Assembly: GCA_031261985.1 (NCBI GenBank)
Contig: JAISIR010000010.1
Span: 26,049 to 90,048, forward strand
Direction: 5' to 3'
Source of the DNA: Clostridiales bacterium
GTDB taxonomy: Bacteria; Bacillota; Clostridia; Monoglobales; WRBX01
Length of the DNA: 64,000 nt
A model generated the notes under the pieces. It was not told the DNA's origin and searched no databases. It saw only the letters and a program-made list of their open reading frames with translations. The position numbers and the translations under genes were made by a program. Shown here one piece after another: positions 1 to 8,530 of the stretch. Numbering within the stretch: position 1 is the first letter of the stretch; the number at the start of each line of letters is the position of its first letter.

Positions 1-38
1 AGCAATTAGGGCAAAAGCATGGGGAAAAACTTCCGAAA

Positions 39-839
39 ATGGAATACGACGAAATTATTTTTGCTTTAAAAGATGTGTTCCAGATAGATATAGAAAATGA
101 ATTATTAAAGCATAAAGAGAGCGATTTGATTGCTTGCTCATATCTTACAAGCTTATATTGGGGAACTTTATCGTTATCGTTCGACCATGATTCTACCACT
201 ACCTTTTTGTTTCAAACTATCACTCAAAATATTGCAAATACAGTTTTAGCAATTACTAAATTGTCTTTATGCGGATTAAGTTTTCAAGCAGAAATCCTTA
301 TACGTAATCTTTTAGAAAACTGTTTTTTATTATTGAATGTTATGCTTGACCACCATAAACGCGAACGCTTCATAGACTCAGCGAAAAAGAAAAATACATA
401 TTCCGTTTGGAAGAAATATTTTACTTTTAAAAATATGTACGAAGCTATTGAGAATTATATGAGCAATTTAAAAGATGAAGCAAATGACGAGAATTTAAGT
501 GAAAATTTAAAAAAAATGTACCATGAATATTCTTCAGCTGTTCATAATGACTACTTCACACAAGTAATGCTACTAAGAAGCAAGCCGAAAAATCCAGATG
601 ACATTATGAAATTAAATCTTTGGGGCGAATACACAGATTATTTACCTGAATTACTTCATTCACTTTGTTTTATAAATCATTTTACAAAGATGCTTTTCAA
701 TTATATTCTCGCAGATAATAACATAGAATTTACGTTTGACGACCTTATTGAAAACAGAGCTGAAAGTGAAATATGGAAAGATGCTGTTTTTCTTCATCTA
801 TTTTTGACCGAGTATTATTTGTTAGCATGGAATTATTAA
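39..839 (+). CDS. hypothetical alpha-helical protein, possibly DUF5677/AbiV-like
   Basis: 266-aa ORF with no competing frame. It is helix-rich, and the motif AEILIRNLLENCFLLLNVMLD resembles (from memory) DUF5677/AbiV proteins. It ends 42 nt upstream of an HNH nuclease gene. Confidence 0.6.
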   Translation: MEYDEIIFALKDVFQIDIENELLKHKESDLIACSYLTSLYWGTLSLSFDHDSTTTFLFQTITQNIANTVLAITKLSLCGLSFQAEILIRNLLENCFLLLNVMLDHHKRERFIDSAKKKNTYSVWKKYFTFKNMYEAIENYMSNLKDEANDENLSENLKKMYHEYSSAVHNDYFTQVMLLRSKPKNPDDIMKLNLWGEYTDYLPELLHSLCFINHFTKMLFNYILADNNIEFTFDDLIENRAESEIWKDAVFLHLFLTEYYLLAWNY

Positions 840-881
840 TACATCTCTTCATAATTAGCCGATACCGAAAGGATAATTTTA

Positions 882-1493
882 ATGACTTGGAAAGAGGCTC
901 TTGTAAATGCTTTAGAAAACTTAAATGGTATTGCGCATTTAAAAGACATCGAAAACTATATAGTAGAAAATAACTTAAGGGAAAATTTACCTCAGAATCC
1001 AGATGCAGGTATTAGAGGAACTTTGGAAAGATATTCTTCGGATTCTGACCTTTTTCGTGGTGAAGACTTATTCTATTCTGTTTATGGTAAAGGCAAAGGT
1101 GTATGGGGGTTAAGAAGCTTTGTTCCAAGTAAGGAACATGTCGATTTAACCCAAGACGATTACTCTTGCCCTGAGGGTCGAAAATCATTGAAACTACATA
1201 TAATCAGGGAGAGAAATCCTAGTATTATACTTAAGGCGAAAACCAGGTTTATTGAGCAGCATGGCAAACTATATTGTGAGGCATGTGGTTTCGATTTCAA
1301 AGAAGTATATGGGGAGCTAGGGGAGAATTTTATTGAGGCTCATCATGCTAAACCAATTGCTGAGATGAATGATGGCGAACGAACAAATATTGACGATATT
1401 GTAATGCTTTGCTCTAACTGCCACAGTATGATACATAGAAAGAAACCGTGGCTAACTAAAGACGAGCTAAACGAACTAATTCAGGGGCGATAA
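882..1493 (+). CDS. HNH endonuclease with N-terminal winged-helix (Mrr_N/HARE-HTH-like) domain; COG3183-type predicted restriction endonuclease
   Basis: The C-terminus CEACGF..x..IEAHHAKPI..x..MLCSNCHSMIH is a classic HNH/Zn-finger motif. The N-terminal ~85 aa (WKEALVNALENLNGIAHLKDIENYI) looks like a Mrr_N-type wHTH. RBS GAAAGGA lies upstream. Confidence 0.85.
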   Translation: MTWKEALVNALENLNGIAHLKDIENYIVENNLRENLPQNPDAGIRGTLERYSSDSDLFRGEDLFYSVYGKGKGVWGLRSFVPSKEHVDLTQDDYSCPEGRKSLKLHIIRERNPSIILKAKTRFIEQHGKLYCEACGFDFKEVYGELGENFIEAHHAKPIAEMNDGERTNIDDIVMLCSNCHSMIHRKKPWLTKDELNELIQGR

Positions 1494-1494
1494 T

Positions 1495-1935
1495 ATGAAG
1501 AAAACAATAACGCAAGACGAAGCCAAAAATTTTGGAATTACCACCAATCACGAGCTTATGGATAATGGTGAAAAACGATTCCGCTTGCTTGCATCTGATG
1601 GCACCTCGTACATAAGAATTGAGGCGCCAGATATAGGCTGCTGGCAGAATAGTCATTATCATACTTCTCTTCAAGAAATGTGTATTGTGCAAAGCGGTTG
1701 GGTTGTTTTTGCTGAAGAGAGCGGCGATGAAATTCGATTCCGCAAATTTAATAAATGCGAATATTTTTTGACGCAGCCCAATGTTCCACATAATGTATAT
1801 ATGAGCGCGAATGCAATTACTTTAACGGTAAAGTTTGGACATATTGAAGAAAGCGATTGGATTGCCTATCATAAATTAGATGAAAAAACTAAACCGATTA
1901 GCGAAAGTGATTTAGAAGATTTAGTTGCGTGCTAA
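1495..1935 (+). CDS. cupin-fold protein
   Basis: The cupin motifs SHYHTSLQEMCIVQSG and PNVPHNVY are present. The start lies 1 nt after the HNH gene stop (TAATATG). Confidence 0.7.
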   Translation: MKKTITQDEAKNFGITTNHELMDNGEKRFRLLASDGTSYIRIEAPDIGCWQNSHYHTSLQEMCIVQSGWVVFAEESGDEIRFRKFNKCEYFLTQPNVPHNVYMSANAITLTVKFGHIEESDWIAYHKLDEKTKPISESDLEDLVAC

Positions 1936-2076
1936 CTTGATATCTTTTTTGGTAAAGCTTGACATTGTTATACTACGGAAAAACATTTCAAAAACGCCTG
2001 CAAAATTGAGAATTTTGAAAAAGAACATTATTGATAAAAGAATAAAAAATGTTAACATTAAGGATGATGAAAAATT

Positions 2077-2457
2077 ATGAAAAAGCTTTTTGTTATTATA
2101 CCAATTTTTATAATTATTATTGCGATTCCTGGATTTTTTGCTTATGATAGTTTTCAACCGATTCCCGATGATTACATCGCTGTTTTTCATGGCGGCTCTG
2201 GTGAGCAGACCTATTCTACTTATATTTATAAGATTGATAATGGGCGGGCAAATATGGGATTTAAATACATTAATACAACCAATACAATCGTTTCTGGGAG
2301 TGGCGAGCAAGAGACTAAAGTAACAAAAATAGGCGAATTCGATTGGACTGATGGCGCGTTTGTGGCGGCGGAAAAGAATGGCGCGTATGATTATGTCGAG
2401 AGTAATGGGAACAAATATACGATAGATGAATTTAAGGGCAAATTTATAATGAATTAA
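2077..2457 (+). CDS. hypothetical membrane-anchored/secreted small protein
   Basis: 126 aa with an N-terminal hydrophobic segment (LFVIIPIFIIIIAIPGFFA) and RBS AAGGATGA. No family was recognised. Confidence 0.6.
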   Translation: MKKLFVIIPIFIIIIAIPGFFAYDSFQPIPDDYIAVFHGGSGEQTYSTYIYKIDNGRANMGFKYINTTNTIVSGSGEQETKVTKIGEFDWTDGAFVAAEKNGAYDYVESNGNKYTIDEFKGKFIMN

Positions 2458-2467
2458 GGTGAAAACT

Positions 2468-3082
2468 ATGAAATCTACATGTGTATTTATATATGGCGCG
2501 CCGGCTGTCGGCAAAACTTCAATAGTTAATAAATTGCAAATGAACTCGTCGGAGTATGTCTCGGTTGCTGAAACAGATTTTACGCGTGATTTTCTTAGAG
2601 GTTTTGAAAATTTTCCACACGAACGAAATTTTTATGAATCCTTCTTTGACTTACCGCCTGAAGAATATCGCAAGCAAGCGGAATCTATGTCGAAAAACTC
2701 TGCAGGAACCGCTGTGATGCGCACGCAAAATGGCTTGAAAGATATTGTGTTTTTAGGTGCGCATTTAATTCCTTCGGTTATTCACCAAAATAAATTTGAT
2801 AATATAAATTTAAAAGAAATTCTTATGGTTGTAAGTGATGAGAACGAACATTTTAGAAGGCTTTCGACACGTAGCAACAATGCACATGATGGCGCAGATG
2901 CCTTTAATTTAACTAGAAACTGGCAGGATTTTTTGATATCAGAAGCTAAAAAATTTGACATACCAATTTTAGAGAGCGATGAGTTTTTATTTGATAATAT
3001 CAAGAAAGTGTTACCTGGAATGTTCGATGGTATCGAGCCAAAAGTAGATAAACCCATTCCTCCCATACAAAGAGGACGCTGA
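2468..3082 (+). CDS. P-loop NTPase/kinase-like protein (2-phosphoglycerate-kinase/AAA_33-like)
   Basis: Walker A motif YGAPAVGKTS near the N-terminus. The ATG at 2468 is preferred over the GTG at 2459 because of RBS AAGGTGA spacing. Confidence 0.7.
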   Translation: MKSTCVFIYGAPAVGKTSIVNKLQMNSSEYVSVAETDFTRDFLRGFENFPHERNFYESFFDLPPEEYRKQAESMSKNSAGTAVMRTQNGLKDIVFLGAHLIPSVIHQNKFDNINLKEILMVVSDENEHFRRLSTRSNNAHDGADAFNLTRNWQDFLISEAKKFDIPILESDEFLFDNIKKVLPGMFDGIEPKVDKPIPPIQRGR

Positions 3083-3179
3083 TGTTTTTTGAAGTGTAGT
3101 GGCTATACAAATAAGGTAACCCGCGCGAAAGCTTATATTTTTAAGCATTTAGTTGGGAAAATTGCAATGGAGAATGATT

Positions 3180-3737
3180 ATGATGCGTAAACTAAATTGG
3201 CGCAACAAATATGAAGATTACAACTGGATATATGAAAATGATGCTAGCAAAGATGAGCCAGGTAATTCTCGATTTATTCTTGGAACCGAGGGCGATAATC
3301 CCCTTATTTGTTTTGGTGTGAACCCTAGCACGGGATACCATAAAGAACCTGATGCGACCTTACAACGTCTAGAAGAATATGCCTGTAAACATGGATATGA
3401 TAGTTGGATTATGCTTAACCTTTATCCTCAAAGAGCCACAAACCCTAACGACCTGCATAAAAACTTCTGTCCAATGTTGCATTATAAAAACATTGAAGTA
3501 ATAAGCGAAACTCTAGAAAGAGTAAGAAAAAAGCAAAGTTATAAAAATCTATTACTTTGGGGTGCATGGGGAAAGTTGATTTACAAACGTGACTATCTTT
3601 CAACTTGCCTAGATGAAATTAAGGATAAAGCACAAGGTTTTGAATGGTACTCGCATTTAGGGAATGGCGCACATCTTCTATCTCCGCTACCTAAGGGTTC
3701 CAAGTTTTATAAAAAAGAACTTACACCATTGTTATAG
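3180..3737 (+). CDS. DUF1643-like protein
   Basis: LICFGVNPSTG...DATLQRLEEYA...WIMLNLYPQRATNP matches my memory of the DUF1643 signature. The start is uncertain: several in-frame start codons lie between 3153 and 3183 (a TTG at 3153, ATGs from 3174). Confidence 0.6.
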   Translation: MMRKLNWRNKYEDYNWIYENDASKDEPGNSRFILGTEGDNPLICFGVNPSTGYHKEPDATLQRLEEYACKHGYDSWIMLNLYPQRATNPNDLHKNFCPMLHYKNIEVISETLERVRKKQSYKNLLLWGAWGKLIYKRDYLSTCLDEIKDKAQGFEWYSHLGNGAHLLSPLPKGSKFYKKELTPLL

Positions 3738-3747
3738 GGGGATAACT

Positions 3748-4248
3748 ATGCACATTCGACGGTCTAACTCGGGTGATTTTGAAGATATTAAAGGAATATA
3801 TCGGCACGCGCGCGAATTTATGAGGCAAAAGGGTAATCCTACTCAATGGGGCGATACTTACCCGAATGATGAGATAATTAACAGGTGGATTGACAAGGAC
3901 GGTTACGTTGTAGTTGATTCCAATGGAAAGATTGTTGCTGTGTTTGGATTCGTCGAAAATACGACCGAGCCTGGTTATGATAGCATTGACGGTGCGTGGT
4001 TGAATGATGAACCATATTCTGTTGTGCATGCGTTGGCGGTGTCGCATACTAATATTAGAGCGGCAAAATTTATAGGCGATTGGGTGTTTAAAAGGTCTAA
4101 TAATTTACGAGTAGACACGCACAAGGATAATGTAATTATGCAGAATTTACTTTTAAAAACCGGATTTGTTTTATGTGGCGAAGTTGAGATTTTGACTACA
4201 AATGGAATTGGTAAAAGATTGGCGTATCAGAGATATGTAAACAATTAA
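3748..4248 (+). CDS. GNAT family N-acetyltransferase
   Basis: Size and pattern are typical of GNATs (VVDSNGKIVAVFGF ... HALAV ... beta-bulge). The internal ATG at 3748 follows RBS AGGGGGA; the longer ORF from 3664 overlaps the upstream gene. Confidence 0.75.
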   Translation: MHIRRSNSGDFEDIKGIYRHAREFMRQKGNPTQWGDTYPNDEIINRWIDKDGYVVVDSNGKIVAVFGFVENTTEPGYDSIDGAWLNDEPYSVVHALAVSHTNIRAAKFIGDWVFKRSNNLRVDTHKDNVIMQNLLLKTGFVLCGEVEILTTNGIGKRLAYQRYVNN

Positions 4249-4302
4249 AATAGCAGCTCACTTTTGACCAATGTGTTTGGAAAAGTGTAGCTGCTATTTT
4301 TG
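4249..4302. terminator. bidirectional intrinsic terminator between convergent genes
   Basis: AATAGCAGCT ... AGCTGCTATT forms a 10-bp stem, flanked by an A-run and a T-run. Confidence 0.7.
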
Positions 4303-4311
4303 TGTTTGAAA

Positions 4312-7300
4312 TTACTTAATATATAGCATGTTATAAATCATTTGAGCTGCCTCGGCACGTTTAGTCTTTTTAGTTGGGTTCATGTTACCCCAATCATCGC
4401 CATTTATTATGCCTGCTTTTTGCATAGCTTTAACGTAGCTAATAGACCAATCGGCTATTTGAGCTTGGTCGTTGAAAGTTTTCACCTCAAGCTCGGGCAA
4501 TTTTAACCCTTTGTGTAACGAATATTTAGTTAGTACTATCGCCATTTCTTGCCGTGTAATGTTTCTGCCAGGTCTAAACTCACTATCTTCGTAACCTATT
4601 ACAATGTCAAGCGAGCTTGCCCAAGCCACTGCCTGAGCATACCACGCCTCTGGCTCGTAATCTGGGAAGCGGTTATCTGCATAATTAATTAAAGATGAGG
4701 TAACCGTGCTTTGTTCGCCAGATAATTCAAACAGCATCTGAACAATTTCGGCGCGAGTGATAAACTTTTCGGGTTCAAACCTAAATGTACCGTCGCCCAT
4801 GTCGTAACCTTTTATAATGCCGCGCTTAATTAAGTCTATAACCACTTCTTCAGACCAATGGTCTTTTAAATCGACATAATCCTCTATTTTGGGGCTGGGG
4901 CTAGGATCGGGGATAGGGCTTGGCTCTGGGCTAGGACTAGGACTTGGTTTAACCCCGCCGCCTCCTCCTCCGCCACCACTGCCAGGCTTAGTTTTTCCTG
5001 GATGGTCATCTTTATCTAGAGGGTCGGTTCCTTTTTGAATCTCTACATTATCATCATATCCGTCTCCGTCGGTATCTTTTTTGGTTGGGTCGGTATGATG
5101 ATTATTTATCTCATCACCGTCAGTCAAACCGTCGCCGTCGGTGTCATCAGTAGGGTCGGGTTTGCTATCTGGGTCTAATGGGTCATAGCCATTTTCTACT
5201 TCCCAGCCGTCATTATAACCGTCGCCGTCAGTATCTTTATTAGTTGGGTCTGTATGATGATTATTCATCTCATCACCGTCAGTTAAACCATCGCCGTCGG
5301 TGTCATCAGTAGGGTCGGGCTTGCTATCTGGGTCTAATGGGTCGTAGCCATTTTCTACTTCCCAGCCGTCATTATAACCGTCGCCGTCGGTGTCTTTGTT
5401 GGTTGGGTCGGTATGATGATTATTTATCTCGTCACCATCAGTCAAACCGTCACCGTCAGTGTCGTTATTAGTTGGGTCTGTATGATGATTATTTATCTCG
5501 TCACCGTCAGTCACACCATCTCCATCAGTATCACCAGAAGGGTCGGGCTTACTATCGGGGTCTAGTGGGTCGTAACCGTTTTCTACTTCCCAACCGTCAC
5601 CATAACCGTCACCATCGGTATCTGTTTTGCTTGGGTCGGTATGATGGATATTTATCTCATCACCGTCAGTTAAGCCGTCGCCGTCGCTATCATTAGTAGG
5701 GTCGGGCTTGCTATCGGGGTCTAGTGGGTCGTAGCCATTATCTACTTCCCAACCGTCGCCATAGGTGTCTCCGTCGGTGTCATTATTAGTTGGGTCGGTA
5801 TGATGGATATTTATCTCATCACCGTCAGTCAATCCGTCGCCGTCGGTGTCGCCAGCAGGGTCGGGCTTACTATTTGGGTCCAATGGGTCGTAACCATTTT
5901 CCACTTCCCAACCGTCAAGATATACATCGTCATCGGTATCGGTATCTAGCGGGTCGCTGCCAATTGTATTTACTTCCTCGCCATCGGTCAAACCGTCGTC
6001 GTCGGTATCGGGGTCATATAAATCGGTGTTGAGCAATTTTTCATGACCGTCTATTAATCCATCGTCATCGATATCAGCGTCTAATGGGTCGGGGTCTTCT
6101 CCATCTAGTAAAAGGTCGTCGTCTGTGTCGGGGTCTAGAGGGTCGGTACCTAGTTCAAGTTCTTCGGGGTCAGTCAAGCCGTCATCATCGGTATCTGGTT
6201 TTAATGGGTCGGTACCCAACTCAAGTTCTTCGGGGTCAGTCAAGCCGTCATCGTCGGCATCAATCTTTAATGGGTCTGGGTCTACACCGTCCAAAAGAGT
6301 ATCTTTATCAGTGTCTGGGTCAAGCGGGTCGGTCGTTAGTTCTAGTTCCCTACCGTCGTTTAGTCCATCATCATCGGTATCACTATCTTTGGGGTTCGTA
6401 CCATGTATAATTTCGTCGCCGTCAGATATACCATCATCGTCATAATCGGGGTCAAGCGGGTCTAACCCTAGCTCTAGCTCGCGTTTATCGTCCAAACCGT
6501 CGGAATCGGTATCAGGGTTTTTAGGGTCGGTGCCTGTCCTATTTACTTCGTCACCATCAGTTAAACCGTCATCATCGGTGTCACTATCTTTTGGATTAGT
6601 CTCGTGAGTTTTAACTTCTGCGCCATCAGTTAATCCGTCGTCGTCGCTATCAGAATCTAGCGGGTCGGTATCGTATGTATGGATTTCCTCGCCATCTGTT
6701 AAACCGTCGCCATCGGTATCGGGAACAAAGACCTCGGTTCCTCTATCGAACTCATCGCTATCTTTTAATCCGTCTCCGTCGGTGTCTACATTAGGGTCCA
6801 AGGCTATTGGGTTGCTTCCAGCGTCATCGGGGTCGAAACCGTGTTCTTCCTCCCATTTGTTGGGGTATCTGTCACCGTCGCTATCTGCCGAGCCATCTTT
6901 TACCGTCACTTTAATGCTTAAATTTAGTGTCTTGTAATTTTTTGTATCGTTAGGAGTGAATTTTGCATTGAAATATTTTATTCCGATAGTACCAATCTCG
7001 GCATTGGGATTATCCCACGTGAAGCTGCCACTTGAACTTGTAGGAAGTGCAAGTGTGGATAGTTTTTCGCCTTGTGAATAATATGTTGTAAAATTGGGCT
7101 GAGTAATATTGGGGTTGGCTTGCTCTACAATAACAGTTACAGGTATATTAGTTACAGTTTCGTAATTTACAGGGTCTTGCGGGATAAATTTAACATAGTA
7201 AGTTTTTGTACCTACTTCGCCAATTACAATCTCGGGGTTTTGCCATACATATTGCCCATTGTTCGGCTGGACAATTACTAAATCACCCACTTTAGCATTT

Positions 7301-8346
7301 GGAGAGTATGCGCGACGCAAGGTAGCAATTAAATCGCCCGCGCCCATAGCTTCAGTTTGTAACTCGGGCAGAACGATTACGTCAGAGAGTGCTAGCGTGC
7401 TAAGCATTTGCGGCTGAGCTTTACCGATTTCAAATTCGTATGAAATATCTGGTGCGGCTAAAAATGTGCCATTGCCTGCTTGCGATGCTGTTATGGTGAC
7501 CTTGCCCGCTTTTTTAGCAGTTACTACGCCGTTGGCATTAACCGTTGCAACTGTAGAATTACTTGTTCTATATGTAGGAGTAAGCCCAGATGAAGCCGTT
7601 GCTCTATTTGTATAGCTTACAATTGGCGAGTATGTTGCGGTTTTTTTACTTTGCCCATATTCAAAGCTTAAAGCTTGAGGAAACGCATCAACAGGAATTG
7701 GGTCGTTTATAGAGCCTGGTCCTGAAGGTGGGACATCTAATCCGCCTGATGTAAAGGTAGCAAAATCGGCTGCTTCTAAGAAGCCTAAGCTTTTAACTAA
7801 GGCATTATTACTCATGTTGGTAGCCATTTGCGTTGCAGAGGTAGGTAGTATGTTGCCTTCAGAATCGGTAGTATATGATGCTGTGTGTGTGTAACAAATT
7901 TTTAAAACATTTTCATCGCTTATTTTTGTACCATTTACATATATACCAAAATTTGTTGTAATTTCTACGCAATAATGTCTATGATTTGTATTGCTGCACT
8001 TGCTTAAAACCGTTGTGATAGATATGGTGTTCTCTTCCCAGGATAAGGTTTTAGTAAGAGTGTGGTCGGGGTGGGCAACACCTGTCATCTTGTATAATTT
8101 GTTATGACAATCATAAGTACCACTTATATCTTCCTTATCCCTTAATGTTTGCTGTGTACTTTCTACTGGTCTAATTTCTTTAGTTTCTTCATTTACCAAG
8201 TAGATATCGCCAAAATGATCGGAACGAGGATTGTTAATTTTATAGTAACGCCACCAAAAAGGCGCAGCAAAAAACGTAGTTGGCATTAAGCTGACAACCA
8301 TGACTACAGTCAAAAATAGCGATATAATTTTTTTATAGTTCTTCAT
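4312..8346 (-). CDS. SLH-anchored surface protein with Big_2-like domain and a long array of thrombospondin type-3 (Ca-binding) repeats
   Basis: 1344 aa. It has a signal-like N-terminus, a Big_2-like segment (TVATVNANGVVTAKKAGKVTITA), and about 600 aa of DxDxDGxxDxxE repeats. These are followed by a G8 + PSPSP linker and three C-terminal SLH domains. Confidence 0.9.
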   Translation of the reverse strand: MKNYKKIISLFLTVVMVVSLMPTTFFAAPFWWRYYKINNPRSDHFGDIYLVNEETKEIRPVESTQQTLRDKEDISGTYDCHNKLYKMTGVAHPDHTLTKTLSWEENTISITTVLSKCSNTNHRHYCVEITTNFGIYVNGTKISDENVLKICYTHTASYTTDSEGNILPTSATQMATNMSNNALVKSLGFLEAADFATFTSGGLDVPPSGPGSINDPIPVDAFPQALSFEYGQSKKTATYSPIVSYTNRATASSGLTPTYRTSNSTVATVNANGVVTAKKAGKVTITASQAGNGTFLAAPDISYEFEIGKAQPQMLSTLALSDVIVLPELQTEAMGAGDLIATLRRAYSPNAKVGDLVIVQPNNGQYVWQNPEIVIGEVGTKTYYVKFIPQDPVNYETVTNIPVTVIVEQANPNITQPNFTTYYSQGEKLSTLALPTSSSGSFTWDNPNAEIGTIGIKYFNAKFTPNDTKNYKTLNLSIKVTVKDGSADSDGDRYPNKWEEEHGFDPDDAGSNPIALDPNVDTDGDGLKDSDEFDRGTEVFVPDTDGDGLTDGEEIHTYDTDPLDSDSDDDGLTDGAEVKTHETNPKDSDTDDDGLTDGDEVNRTGTDPKNPDTDSDGLDDKRELELGLDPLDPDYDDDGISDGDEIIHGTNPKDSDTDDDGLNDGRELELTTDPLDPDTDKDTLLDGVDPDPLKIDADDDGLTDPEELELGTDPLKPDTDDDGLTDPEELELGTDPLDPDTDDDLLLDGEDPDPLDADIDDDGLIDGHEKLLNTDLYDPDTDDDGLTDGEEVNTIGSDPLDTDTDDDVYLDGWEVENGYDPLDPNSKPDPAGDTDGDGLTDGDEINIHHTDPTNNDTDGDTYGDGWEVDNGYDPLDPDSKPDPTNDSDGDGLTDGDEINIHHTDPSKTDTDGDGYGDGWEVENGYDPLDPDSKPDPSGDTDGDGVTDGDEINNHHTDPTNNDTDGDGLTDGDEINNHHTDPTNKDTDGDGYNDGWEVENGYDPLDPDSKPDPTDDTDGDGLTDGDEMNNHHTDPTNKDTDGDGYNDGWEVENGYDPLDPDSKPDPTDDTDGDGLTDGDEINNHHTDPTKKDTDGDGYDDNVEIQKGTDPLDKDDHPGKTKPGSGGGGGGGGVKPSPSPSPEPSPIPDPSPSPKIEDYVDLKDHWSEEVVIDLIKRGIIKGYDMGDGTFRFEPEKFITRAEIVQMLFELSGEQSTVTSSLINYADNRFPDYEPEAWYAQAVAWASSLDIVIGYEDSEFRPGRNITRQEMAIVLTKYSLHKGLKLPELEVKTFNDQAQIADWSISYVKAMQKAGIINGDDWGNMNPTKKTKRAEAAQMIYNMLYIK
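4995..6890 (-). repeat. in-frame tandem repeat region encoding TSP3-type repeats, including about five near-identical 159-bp units (about 5045-5950) and 66-bp units near 6125-6260
   Basis: Direct reading: the block ...ccattttctacttcccagccgtc... recurs at about 5195, 5354, 5580, 5740 and 5897. Confidence 0.85.
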
Positions 8347-8530
8347 AAAGTATCCTCCTGCAAAATTAATATTATGTCGAGTAATATTATGTTAACCGTC
8401 TGCTTATCACAATTATAATATATACCTTAATAATAACATTAATTTCGACAGAATTCAACCGTTTTTACATTAAATTTTTGTTACAATTATATTACATTGG
8501 TGTGTCTAAGAATCACTTTACCCTTTATTA

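Noticed and set aside
1456-2514. Minus-strand ORFs of 111 and 197 aa.
   Set aside because: They overlap three better-supported plus-strand genes (cupin, membrane protein, P-loop protein). Their translations are F/I/N/K-rich, typical of AT-rich antisense frames.
5472-6445. Four plus-strand ORFs (74-108 aa) rich in R/H/S/G, inside the TSP3-repeat gene.
   Set aside because: They are antisense to a long, well-supported 1344-aa gene. The periodic low-complexity translation is the mirror image of the D/G/T repeat codons, and no RBS was seen.
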